The notes below the pieces were generated by a model. That model saw nothing but the letters and a program-made list of their open reading frames with translations, did no database searches and was not told where the DNA came from. This document shows, in pieces, positions 27,494 through 38,346 of a stretch of DNA of 64,000 nucleotides. Position 1 is the first letter of the stretch. Each line of letters opens with the position of its first letter. A program made the translations under genes and the position numbers. Origin of the DNA: Narcine bancroftii (Eukaryota); the NCBI RefSeq assembly GCF_036971445.1, contig NC_091473.1:130944001-131008000 (forward strand), read 5' to 3'.

Positions 27494-27905
27494 TGCCAAA
27501 GGCTTTCTTTTTTTTAAGGCTTTCTCACTACCCTATCTACATATGACTCAACTTTCAGAGAATGATGTACCAGAATTCCTAAACCCCTTTGTTCTTCTGC
27601 ACTCCTCAGTTGTCTGCCATTTAATGTGTATGACCTTTTGCTAATCCTTCCAAAATGTAGCACCTCACATTTATCAGTATTAAACTCCATCTGACATCTT
27701 TCACCCCGCTCTTCTAACTGTCCTATATACCAATGCAAGCCTTGATAACCTTCTTGACTGTCCTCAACACCACCAATATTTATATTATCTGCATACTTAC
27801 TAATCCAATTTATCACCCTATCATCTGGATCATTAATATATATTTGATAAACAACAATGCACCCAGTACTGGTGCCCGTAATACGCTTCAACCACTAATG
27901 ACCTA
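27494..27905 (-). mobile_element. CR1 continuation after Gypsy 1
   Basis: ORF 27514-27891 (ISKYAD, MEFNTDKCEVLHFG). Confidence 0.9.
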
Positions 27906-28449
27906 CCACAGTCAAAAGTATTAGCTCAATGGTTCTCACAGGTTCAAATTAAGCTTAGCATCTTGTTACATTTCTTAATACCTTAATACAAAGTTTATGC
28001 TACCCTATCCCTGAAAGACATGTTTCACAGGATTTCATGTCAATTATTGACCATAGACTATAGAATTTACTGTAGAACCTCATTCAATTTTATTGTAATG
28101 AATTTCTTGATTTTTTTTCCTAAGACTCAGATTTTTACATATACAATTAAAAACAACAACTGAAATTCCTTTCACTGTGTATGTGATTTATCATTACTTT
28201 TTATAATATTGAAACATCTGTATGCAACTATTGAGGGTAGCTTCTAGAGTTTTTGTGAAAGAAGATAAGGGAATTGTGCTGAAGAAAGATACATTTGAGT
28301 TGAAAATCATATTACATTAATTTGAAGTCATACTGGCATTTTGATTTTAATTTTTATTTCCAGGAAGATAAACAAATTGCACTTAATTTACATAAGAACA
28401 TGGGAAATAGTCTCATATAGTATCTCTCCTGTTTTCCGCCCTCCCCTAG

Positions 28450-28515
28450 ATACCCCACAGTTTGAAGGGCTTTATAAAGGTGTAATTTCAACTGAGCATC
28501 TTGACCAAAGATTTA
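28450..28515 (+). CDS. Candidate 66-bp symmetric host exon (xTPQFEGLYKGVISTEHLDQRF), unidentified
   Basis: long pyrimidine tract tctctcctgttttccgccctcccctAG, GTAAGT donor, one open frame. Confidence 0.35.
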
Positions 28516-28726
28516 GTAAGTGCATTAATTTGAGCAAAACCACACAGGAGATCACATGATGAATATTTATTATATTACGAGAAAGAGGTTGGTGCACGAT
28601 CCAATACAAATGATCTGTAAAGTTAAAATTAATGCAAAAAGCTCATTTGGGGCAAGATATTATGATTAAATGGAAGTCAATTATTTGAGTGTTAAAATCA
28701 TGGAATAGAAAGAAAGCCTTGCGTCA

Positions 28727-28948
28727 GGGCAGCACAGTTGGTGTAGCAGTTAGTGATCGGAACTTGGGTTCGAATCCCACACTGTCTCTAAGGAGTTTGT
28801 ACGTTCTCCCTGTGTCTGCGTGGGTTTTCCCCAGGGGCTCTGGTTTCCTCCTACCATTTGAAATATACTAATGGGTGTAGGTTAATTGGGTGTAAATTGT
28901 GTGGCACGGACTCGAGGGCGGAAATGTCCTGTTACCGTGCTGTATGTA
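28727..28948 (+). mobile_element. V-SINE (HE1-like)
   Basis: B-box GGTTCGAATCCC, V-domain, CR1-like tail. Confidence 0.88.
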
Positions 28949-29124
28949 CGTCATGTCTAAATGGCTTATAGAGATAGAACACATGGCACAATTTTGGGGA
29001 ACTCGGGTTGAGGAGCTCATCAGTCAGTGGAAACATTATTAACAATAACACAAGTGATGAGGTGCAATTCATCCTGTTTCACTTTTTTCATGGATATTCC
29101 CCTTCAAATGAGACATTAAAAAAA

Positions 29125-29800
29125 AACAAGAAATAGGTGTTGAACTAGGCCATCCAGCTCCTTGAGGTTGCTATACATCTCAACGAGAGCATAGGAAACA
29201 GGAGCAAGAGCAGGCCATCTGGCCCTTCAAGCCTGCATTGTCATTCAATGAGATCATGGGTGATCTGGTGATAGGCTCATCTCCACTGATGCGCCTTTTC
29301 CCCATAACCTTTCATTCCCCTACTTTGTAAAAATCTATCCAAACTTGTCTTAAATATATTTACTGAGGTAGCTTCCACTGCTTCAACGGGCAACAAATTC
29401 CATTGATTCACCAACCTCTGAAAAAACAGTTCCTCCTCAACTCCATCCTAAATCTACCTCCCTGGATCTTAAAGCTATGTCCCCTAGTTTTAGTCTACAA
29501 TGGGAAAAACTTACCTACCTTTATCTTATCCATGCCTTTATACCAAGATCATGAAAGATCTTAGTGCCTTTACCCCATGTTCTTTCTCATATCCAAAAAT
29601 TATATTGATCTCCCTTTTGAACACACAGATCTCAACTCTGAGGCCATTCACAAAAAAATCTAACCATATGCGTCTTATATATATTGGACAGAGAATTCCA
29701 CACATTCTCTACTCTTTGGGAGAAGATCCTCCTAATATCTGGATTACTTTCAATATCATCTTCATAGTCCTCTGGCTGTGGAGCTCCAGTATTGAGGACC
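29125..29800 (-). mobile_element. Old CR1 3'-end fragments
   Basis: CATAGGAAACAGGAGCAAGAGCAGGCCATC..CTTCAAGCCTGC, similar to 45105-45319. Confidence 0.7.
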
Positions 29801-30169
29801 ATCATAGAAGAGGTGCTGTTACCAGTCCTCGCTGATCGCAGCCTAAGGGATAGAAAGACATGGACACAATTACAGAGAGAGAGGTGCTAAGACTAAGGGC
29901 ACATCACTTAGGGATTAGTTTACTTTTTTGGATATTTATTTATACATATACAAAAATAATAGGTTGATGTTTCCTATTTTGCTCCCCTGAAAGGTTTTGG
30001 CTGAATTTCTTGAGAAATGTGTTTTTGTTTGCTTTCTTGCGTATCATTTTAACACCCAGTGCATTTCTCCAACCCTCATTTAAGGCCGGCCAATCTACTC
30101 ATTCATGATTTCAAGGTCTGGAGTTATGTGAGAAAATAGTATTAATAGATGCTCTGCAAGCCATGTGGT

Positions 30170-30800
30170 ATTTTGGGAAGTTGGATTATGGAGTTTAAAA
30201 GGATGAGGGGGGATCTTAAAGAAACATAAAATTCTGAAAAGAATAGATCAGATAGAAGCAGAGGGTTATTTCCACTAGCACGTGAGAGTAGAACTAGTTA
30301 CATAGCCTTAAGAATCGGGGCAGTATATTTAGAATCAGAATTTATTGTCATGAACATATCACAAAATTCATTGTTTTGAAGCAGCATCTCAGTGCAAACA
30401 CTGCTATGAATTACATTTCAAAAATAAATGAATAGTGAAAGAAAATGGGAGAAAGTGAGGTTCATTGTCCATTTAGAAATCTGATGGCAGAGGGAAAGAG
30501 GCCGTCCTTATGCTCCTGGCTGCTCATCTTGGCTCCTTTACCTTCTTCCTGATGGTAGCCATGTGAAGAGGGCATTTAAGACAGAGATGAGAGGATGTTC
30601 TCCCAAAGTCTCTGTCCAATGAAGCACTGGAGGCATTTTCATATATAAGATCCAGAGAGTTATATTTTTGATCAGGAGTAGAATTAGAAGTGATGGGGAA
30701 CAGGTCTACAAGTGGAACTGAGTTCATTACCAGATCAGCCATGATCCTATTCAATGGTGGTGCACAGTCAATGGGCCAGATGGCTTATTCCCGCTCATAT
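30170..30800 (+). mobile_element. CR1 3' fragment interrupted by a minus-strand Rex1-like 3' end (~30330-30580)
   Basis: GGATGAGGGGGGATCTTA (RMRGDL); AGAATCAGAATTTATTG tail; AGATCAGCCATGATC CR1 3' UTR motif. Confidence 0.7.
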
Positions 30801-30904
30801 TTATTTTGGGCATAAAAGTTAATATATCCTGTGTGATTCTCTGTCCATAAAAATAATTGACATTAATGGATTGTGAATTCTGCAAGGCTTGCTGACCTTC
30901 AAAT

Positions 30905-32187
30905 TTCAACATGCTTGTACCCAGGAAGAGTAGTATTAGCTGCCTCGACGACTTTCGCCTAGTGGCACTAACTTCTACTGTGATGAATTGCTTTGAGAGG
31001 TTTGTCATGGCCACAATTAACATGTATCTAAGCAAAGATCTGGATCTGCTGTAAATCACCTCTCATCACAATTACCCCACAGCTGATGTAATATCGCTGG
31101 CTCTCCACACTGCTCTGGATCACATCAAAAACAGGAATTCATACTTACGGCTACTCTTCATCAACTACAGCTTGGCGTTCAATACCATTATTTCCTCAGT
31201 GCTGGTCAAGAAGCTACAAACTCTAGGCCTACGTACCCTCCTCTGAAACTGGATCCTTGACTTTCTCATCAGAAGACCACAAATTGGAAACAACGTCTCC
31301 TCCTCATTGATTATCAACAGAAGCACATCCCACTGCTCTACTCATTATACATACATGACTCTAAGGCCAGTAGCAATTCCAATGCTATCTACAAGTTTGC
31401 CTATGACAACACAGTTGTCAGCAGAATCATAAACGGCAATGAGGATGTGTACAGGAAGGAGATCAGATCGTTGTAAAGACAACAACTTGTGCTCATGTCA
31501 ACAAAACCAAGGAGATTATTGTGGACTTCAGGAGGAAGTCAGGGGAACATGACCCAATTCTCATTGAGTGGTGAGTAATGGAGAGAGTCAAGAACTTCCA
31601 ATTCCTGGGTATCAACATCTCCGATGATCTGTCCTGAAGCCTCCACATTGATGCAATCACAAAGAAGGCTTGCCAGCAAATAAGCTTTGTGAGGTATCTG
31701 GGGAGATTCGGTATGTCACTGAAGACTCTTGTAAACTTTGACAGGTGTACTGTGGAGAGCATTCTGGCTGGTTGCATCACTGCCTGCTATGGAGGAACCA
31801 ACTCTCAGGACAAGAATAAACTCCAGAGGGTTGTTAACTTGGCCTGCAATATCACAGGCACCAGACTTCACTCCATGGAGGACATCTACATGAGGCATCT
31901 TAAAAAAGCAGCCTTTATCCTCAAAGACAGCCACCACCCAGGCCAGGCTGCTTCACTCTGCCTCCATCAGGAAAAAAGGTATAGGAGCCTAAAAATAAGC
32001 ACTCAACGGCACAAGGACAGCTTGTTCCCCACTGCCATCAGATTCCTGAATAATCATGAATCAAAGACACTGCCTTACTTTACGTGCCCTATTATTTTTT
32101 TATTGTATTGTTGTAATGTTTGAACTATGATATACTACTCCAAAACAGCAAATGTCATGACTTGTTTATGACAATAAATTCTGATCT
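30905..32187 (+). mobile_element. Rex1/Babar-type LINE RT, decayed, 5'-truncated
   Basis: VALTSTVMNCFER, ALHTALDH, FINYSLAFNTII, ORF 31689-32123 (ESILAGCITACYG, SLFPTAIRFLN), AATAAATTCTGAT tail. Confidence 0.88.
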
Positions 32188-32875
32188 AGCGATACTTGTA
32201 CTGGATTCATTCATAAAGTCTTCTCAAGCATGAATAATTCTGGGGTGGCACTTTATGCAATGATAATTGGCTGATCTAATGATACTTAAGAGAAAAGAAG
32301 CAAGATTACTTGTTCTTGCTGAAAGAAGGAAATTTAAACCTGGAAGAGGGGATTATATTTAAAATGAAAAATCCTGAGGCAGAAGTTGTATTTGGCAAAA
32401 CATCTATTTGTAGAAGAGGCATAGAAATGTCACCTCTTCAAACACTTTCAATGGAACAATTTATCCATCCGTGTAGCATGGCAACATCAGCGAAGCCAGC
32501 ATTTATTGTCCACCCAAGTGCCCTTCCAAAGGCAGCACTGAGCTTCCATCTTAAGTGCTGAAGTTAATGCACTAAAACTGCCTCTACAAATAAACAGTTC
32601 TTGCACATTAAAGTAACAATAGAGATCTATTGACAAGATAGTTTATTGTGCGAATCAGAAAACACAATGCATTTTCAATATTCCCGCAATATTATTGCAA
32701 ATGATAGAAATTGTGGCTTTAGGATGTCCTGTAATGAAGCCTCAGTTGAGTTACTGTGCTGCTTTCAGCAAACACTGCAACCAATGTGCACTGGAGAGTA
32801 GTAGTAGAATTTTAATGGACGAGTCGAGTTCCAGACATCTGTGCTGCATTTACTACGATGATATTCATTTTGTAG

Positions 32876-32944
32876 GTTGAACATCCTAGCATGGTACAAT
32901 CTTTCACTGAAGTACGTCATCCAAAGGCTTTTGGAAATCAAGAA
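32876..32944 (+). CDS. Candidate 69-bp host exon (two open frames), unidentified
   Basis: ttcattttgtAG acceptor and GTGAGT donor. Confidence 0.25.
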
Positions 32945-32964
32945 GTGAGTCACTTGTAGGAAAT

Positions 32965-33130
32965 AATGAGAAGCTGGAGGAAATCAATGGGTCAGGGAAT
33001 ATCCATGGAGAGAAATGGTCAGTCAATGTTTCAGGTCAAGGAAAAGAAGCTCTTCATAGATACTGCCCGACGCATTGAGTGCCTCCAGCTTTTCATAATT
33101 TGATCATAGATTTCAGCACCCACAGTTGTG
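32965..33130. mobile_element. Penelope-derived fold-back remnant
   Basis: AAGCTGGAGGAAATCAATGGGTCAGG..CCATGGAG inverted against CTTCATAG..CTGCCCGACGCATTGAGTGCCTCCAGCTT. Confidence 0.65.
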
Positions 33131-33779
33131 TTGCTCAGTCAGTCACTTATCACCGTATACCTACATTTCATCTCCACATATTACATTTCTGTCAATCAAC
33201 AGCATTGATAGATTTGCAACAAAGCAGTATACAAATCCAAAATCCTTGAGATGGCTTTGCAAGTTTTCTCCCAAAATGTTATCAAGAATGAAATGAGCAA
33301 CGCAAAGAGAAAATTGCATTTATGTAGCAACATCTCATTCAGCCACCTTAATGATCTCTGGCTTAATGGAATTAATTACAATGGTCTTCATTCATCATTT
33401 GTTGCCGCATCTCCTGGCTGCAGCCAATCAAGATACTTTTGAACTCTGGTTACTTTGTAATTTACAACAACATGGCAAACAGGAGGATAAAGGGCTTGGT
33501 GAAAAACAAGTGTAAGTGATATTGAGCTGAGACTTTAAAAGCCATTACAGGAAGGAATAGATGACTGAAGGAAGGATACTGTTGTGAAGCCACAAATGGA
33601 ATGAAGAACTTTTGGAAATGTTATGATAGAACTGGTTACTGTAATCACTGGAAAGGATTGGGAGAAAACTACCAATGCCCTTTAAATAATCTTGGATTTT
33701 TAAACCACATTGTGGTAAAGCTATCAACAAATCTAATCATTGATGAAGAAATACTTTTTTAAAAAAGGGTACTCAACCT

Positions 33780-33910
33780 GACCAAAGGTCTTGAAAAACA
33801 ATCACAACCCAAAACGCTGGCTGCCTATTTCTCTCCATGGATGCTGCCTGACCCGTTGAGTTCCTCCATTATTTTCTCCACATTACAGGACCTGCGCCTG
33901 CTTGTGTCTC
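33780..33910 (+). mobile_element. Penelope terminal-repeat remnant
   Basis: CTCCATGGATGCTGCCTGACCCGTTGAGTTCCTCCA. Confidence 0.65.
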
Positions 33911-34534
33911 TATTCATTAATAAATGTACATACAGAGCCCTGTGGTTCGTAATTAGCATTCCCAAGCCTTAACAGCAGACAACTCACAAATTAAGCTCGC
34001 ATGAATTAATGGGTTTTCTGCACTCCCAGCTAAGGAAGGAAGCAGATTCAGCAACATTCCCAACAAATCATCTTTGCTTCCAGTCCTTCCAGTCAATGGA
34101 ATATTTGAGCTTTTGAAGAAGGGTACATTAATTTATTTACTCAAATCAGTGATTAACCAATAACTACATGAATGAGCTCAGTATTTGAAATACATGAGTT
34201 GGCAATGACTGACTTGTTGAATTTCAGTAGAAGTTTTTATTTTTTTTGTGGAGCCAAACATTTGTGTACATGCTGACCACTTATTGCCAATGCATTGATT
34301 AGGGAAGAGCAGACGTGTTCATATTGCTTTGCAAGGACATTGGCAGGCCAACTGTGACATTTTCGACCAGTTGTAACCAGCCAATAAGGCCAGGAGAGGT
34401 TTACTTATTTTCCTCTTTAATTGGCAATTGACTGAACTGGCATTGGGAGATGGTCAGTGTAACACACTCGTGGAAGACCTGTTGTGTAAGCCAGTGAATT
34501 GGCCATTGTCTGTGATCTTTGTGTTCACCGGAGA

Positions 34535-34735
34535 GTTAGTCATTGCCAGCTACCTGGGTTCAAATTTGCGGCTGATTGTAAGGAACTTATACATTTTCCC
34601 AGTCTCCGTGTGAGTTTTCTTCCTCGCACGTTCCAAAGATGTATGGGTTAGAAAGTTAATTGGTCACATGGATGTAATTGTGTGGCACAGGCTCATGGGC
34701 AGAAGGACCTGTTACCATGTAGTATCTCCAATCTA
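34535..34735 (+). mobile_element. V-SINE
   Basis: B-box GGTTCAAATT, V-domain, CR1-like tail. Confidence 0.75.
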
Positions 34736-35043
34736 AATTTAAATTAAATCTATTCTACTGGATGTGTTTGAAGAGCTTATATAGATCATTCATCAATCCA
34801 AATAGTTATGGTGCCTTCCCAACCAGGGCCGGTGCGAGGAATTGTGGGGCCCAATTAGAAAATTGATAGTGGGGCCTCTACTCTACAAAAGACGAAATTG
34901 ATGTTTTATATTTCATGTAGTACGTCAGTCTTAGCCACAGATTATTAAATGCTTGATATACTAAATATTGAAAGACAATATGAAAGTTTTATTTTTTTAA
35001 TACAAGTTAAGACAATTACAGACAAACTCTTGATGCAGGTCTT

Positions 35044-38000
35044 TTAGAAACAGACTTGTCTGGCTTTTTTATTTGCAAAATCTTTCAAAATAATTTTAAA
35101 GTCAAGGTTTTAGTAATGTCATTTTCTATAGATAGCATCGCCAAATTGATTAGTCTCTCTTGCGAAATTGTTGATCGTAAGTATGTTTTAATCAGTTTTA
35201 GTTTTGAAAAACTTACTTCACCCGATGTGACTGTTACAGGCATCATTAAGTAAATCCTCAAAACAATAAAAACATTAGGAAATGCTGTGAATCGATTGTT
35301 TATGTCCAGGTATTCAAACAGAGCTTGAGGCTTAATGACACTGAAGGGAAGAAAAGTTTTCAGAGCTTTAAGTTCTTCGCCCAACAGATAACCATCCACG
35401 TCTTTAGTTGTTTCAATAACTATCCCTCCATCAGTGTTCTGTTTTAGTCTGGTGTCAGTTAAAGCTGCTTCAAGGTCTGCTGCGTGTTTCCTTATTTCTG
35501 TCTTTTGTAAGCTCTGAAATTTATTTAAAAATTCAAATAATTTTACATGGCTTTTAAGCTGCTTAAATCTAAACTCTAAAGATTGAATAGCTTTGTCTCA
35601 CACTAAACTAAACCACTGAACTCTGTGCTTCTTTTAGATCATCTAAAGCTGATCTTTTGCCTCACATGAAAACATTCCCTTCCTTCTACGTAGTTTTTTT
35701 TCTTGAAAATTGTCTAAACTCCAATGGTAATTCAACAGCTTCAGCCAATTCATTTGCACCTATTAGGACATCATTAAAACTGCCCTCTCTATAAATTCTT
35801 AGCTATGATAATAGTTTTTCACATGACTCCATGCCTTCATCAACGTCCTTTGTTTCACCTTGTAGTTCCTTGCTTACATAGTTAACTTTAAAAAGTACTT
35901 CATGCCAAAATATCAAAGAAACTAAACATTTGTAGTCTTTTAGCTGGTTTGCTAAAGATTCAGCTTCTGCTTTTACCTTGGGCTCATCTGTTATCTCTGA
36001 TATTTCCACAAGTACTTCTCCAACCTGATAATGAATAGCTTTAACACTATCAATCTGACACTCCCACCTTGCGTTGCTCTAGGGCACACATTTCAAACTC
36101 AGGCCCGCGGGCCAAATTTGGCCCATGATATAATTATATTTGGCCCGCAAGATCATATCAAATATGTATTAGAGCTGGCCCGCTGGCCGCCGCTCCAGTA
36201 TAGCGCATGCACAGCTAATACTACAAATCCCAGAATGCTTTACAATTGTGTTGGCGTCAGCCCGCTAATCGCCCCCACCTCCTCTCTTTACTTTCATTAG
36301 TATCTGTGACCTGTCACCTGACTCACATGTAATAAACCCCTTACGGAAAATGGCCAAACGAAAGACAGAAAACAGGACATTTCAAGACAGGTGGGAGGCC
36401 GACTATATGTTCATCATTTTAAAAGACAAACCTGTTTGTCATTGAAGCAAGTTGTTATTTTTTTGACTTGTTGGCTTGTGAAAAAAAATACATTTAAAAG
36501 GAGCTTAAAGGCTATAGAGAAATATTATTTACTGAATATTTTATTTCTCATTTGTTAATGCTTCTTCTAGAAAGAGTTTAACCAAACCTATTATTAAACA
36601 TTTATTTTAATAAGAAAAAGTTTAACATTACATATGTTGAAAGAAGAGAAAAGATGCAGATGTTGTTGAAAATTTTCAATAAATATTTAGTTTGGCCCAT
36701 GACTTAGTCCAAGTTTTTAATTTTGTCCCTCTGTGAATTTGAGTTTGACACCCCTGCTCTTGGGTTTCACTGATAACCCGGGCAAATGTTTGTTAAAAAC
36801 TGCCCATCTCTTAGTTGATGCAGAGAACAATATGTAGATCCTTTGCAAGATCCCAAAAAACGTTATAGCATCTGGACAACACTTGGCTACATCTCTGAGT
36901 AAAAGGTTATAATTGTGACATGCACAGGGTACAAAGAAAGCTCTTGAATTAACCTTCAACAGTCGTGCTTGTACTCCGGATGTGTGACCTTCCATGTTGC
37001 TACCCTTGTCATAGCCTTGCCCTCTAATCTCCTTTACCTCTAAATTTAATTCCTTCAGTGTGTTTAGTAATGTTTTATATAAATCTTCTCCTGTGCTACT
37101 TTCAACCTGCATAAACTTTATGAAATGTTCATAAACACCTGAAGGAGCCAAGTTACTGTCAGACACATACCTGATCCTTAGAGACATTTTCTCTTGGTGA
37201 CTCGTATCAGGTGTGCAGTCTAAAATTATGGCGTAGTACTTAGCTGCTTTTACGTGTTTCAGTATCTCATTCAAAACAGCTGTAGCCATAATGTCTAGTC
37301 GTTTATTCAGAGTATCTTTTCCTAAATAGTGATTATGAATTGTGTGGGTTTTGACTTTTCGCAAATGTTCTTCAAGAACAGGCTCAGACTTTCCAAACAG
37401 CTCAACAAGACCTAAAAAGTTTCCATTGTGTACACTCTCATTACCAATTTTGTCCTTTGTTCCCCTAAATGCTAGATTTCTCTCAGCAAGAAACTGCGCT
37501 ATTGCTACTAGCCTTTTGAATACTTGTTGCCAGTGTTTTGCATCTTCATTGATGATTATTTCAAGTTCTTTGTCAATTGTCTGTCCACTGCAAATTCTTT
37601 GGTGTAACTCCCAGAAACTCCACCTAGCTTCCAAATGGTTTTTAGAATTTTCATTCTCACACAACCTTGTATGAAGATTAGACCATTTGTTGAATTCACT
37701 TGTTGATTGTGCACTGGTTGTTTACAATAAAAGCAATAAATTCTATCAGCAGACTGAGAGTTTATAATCCAAGGTCCTTCAACACACTCCTCATTTGAAA
37801 GTTTCCTCTTACAGTGAAACTTGGAAAAACACAATCCCTTTTCATTTTGTGGAAAGTTGTTCACTGGAATAGGAGGACCTTTGTTAAATAATCTCTTACA
37901 TTTTGATTTATGTATGCTGGCCAGTTGGCTCGGTCATCATAAATGTTAATTACAACTGTACTCATGGATGATCTATCATTGCGTGATGTTTGGGCTTGGT

Positions 38001-38346
38001 CTTCTTCGGCTATAAATGGACTTTCCGCTTTGGCACTGTCTTCTGGTGTATTGAGATTGTCTTCAATTTGATTCACAGCTGCGTCATCCTTTTCTAACTT
38101 GTTATCAATTTCATCATTGTATTCATCAACTGGAATTGGACTCAAGGCTATATTGTCATTTTCTGAATGGTTTTTGTTTTCTTCATACTCTATACATGGC
38201 CGCTTCAAAGGTGGAGTGACAAGGAATTTTGTGATAGCACCTCTATGTTTTTCATTTTCAGCTACCCTAGCCTTGGCCAGTGCTCATTTCTAGTTGCCGC
38301 TTAAATACTTACGCCCTTTGTCTCTATCTCTGCTTGTGCTTGCCAT
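35044..38346 (-). pseudogene. hAT transposase pseudogene (TTF-like zinc finger, DUF4371-like core, hATC dimerisation domain)
   Basis: MASTSRDRDKGRKYLSG start; IYCFYCK; LAFRG, NGNFLGL, ILDCTPDTSH, RGQGYD, CACHNYNLL; SGEVSFSKLKLIKTYLRSTISQERL; stops, frameshifts and a nested insertion. Confidence 0.93.
36085..36756 (+). mobile_element. Non-autonomous Charlie-type hAT (internal-deletion derivative) nested in the transposase
   Basis: ends CACACATTTCAAACTCA / TGAGTTTGACACCCCTG; TSD CTCTAGGG/CTCTTGGG; residual N-terminus MAKRKTENRTFQDRWEADYMF..KPVC at ~36350. Confidence 0.9.

Noticed and set aside
28727-28790. tRNA gene
   Set aside because: The A/B boxes belong to a SINE head followed by the V-domain; no full cloverleaf.
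36717-37664. 315-aa ORF as a domesticated ZMYM1-like gene
   Set aside because: It lies within TIRs and a TSD, with stops, frameshifts and a nested element; it is a decayed transposase.
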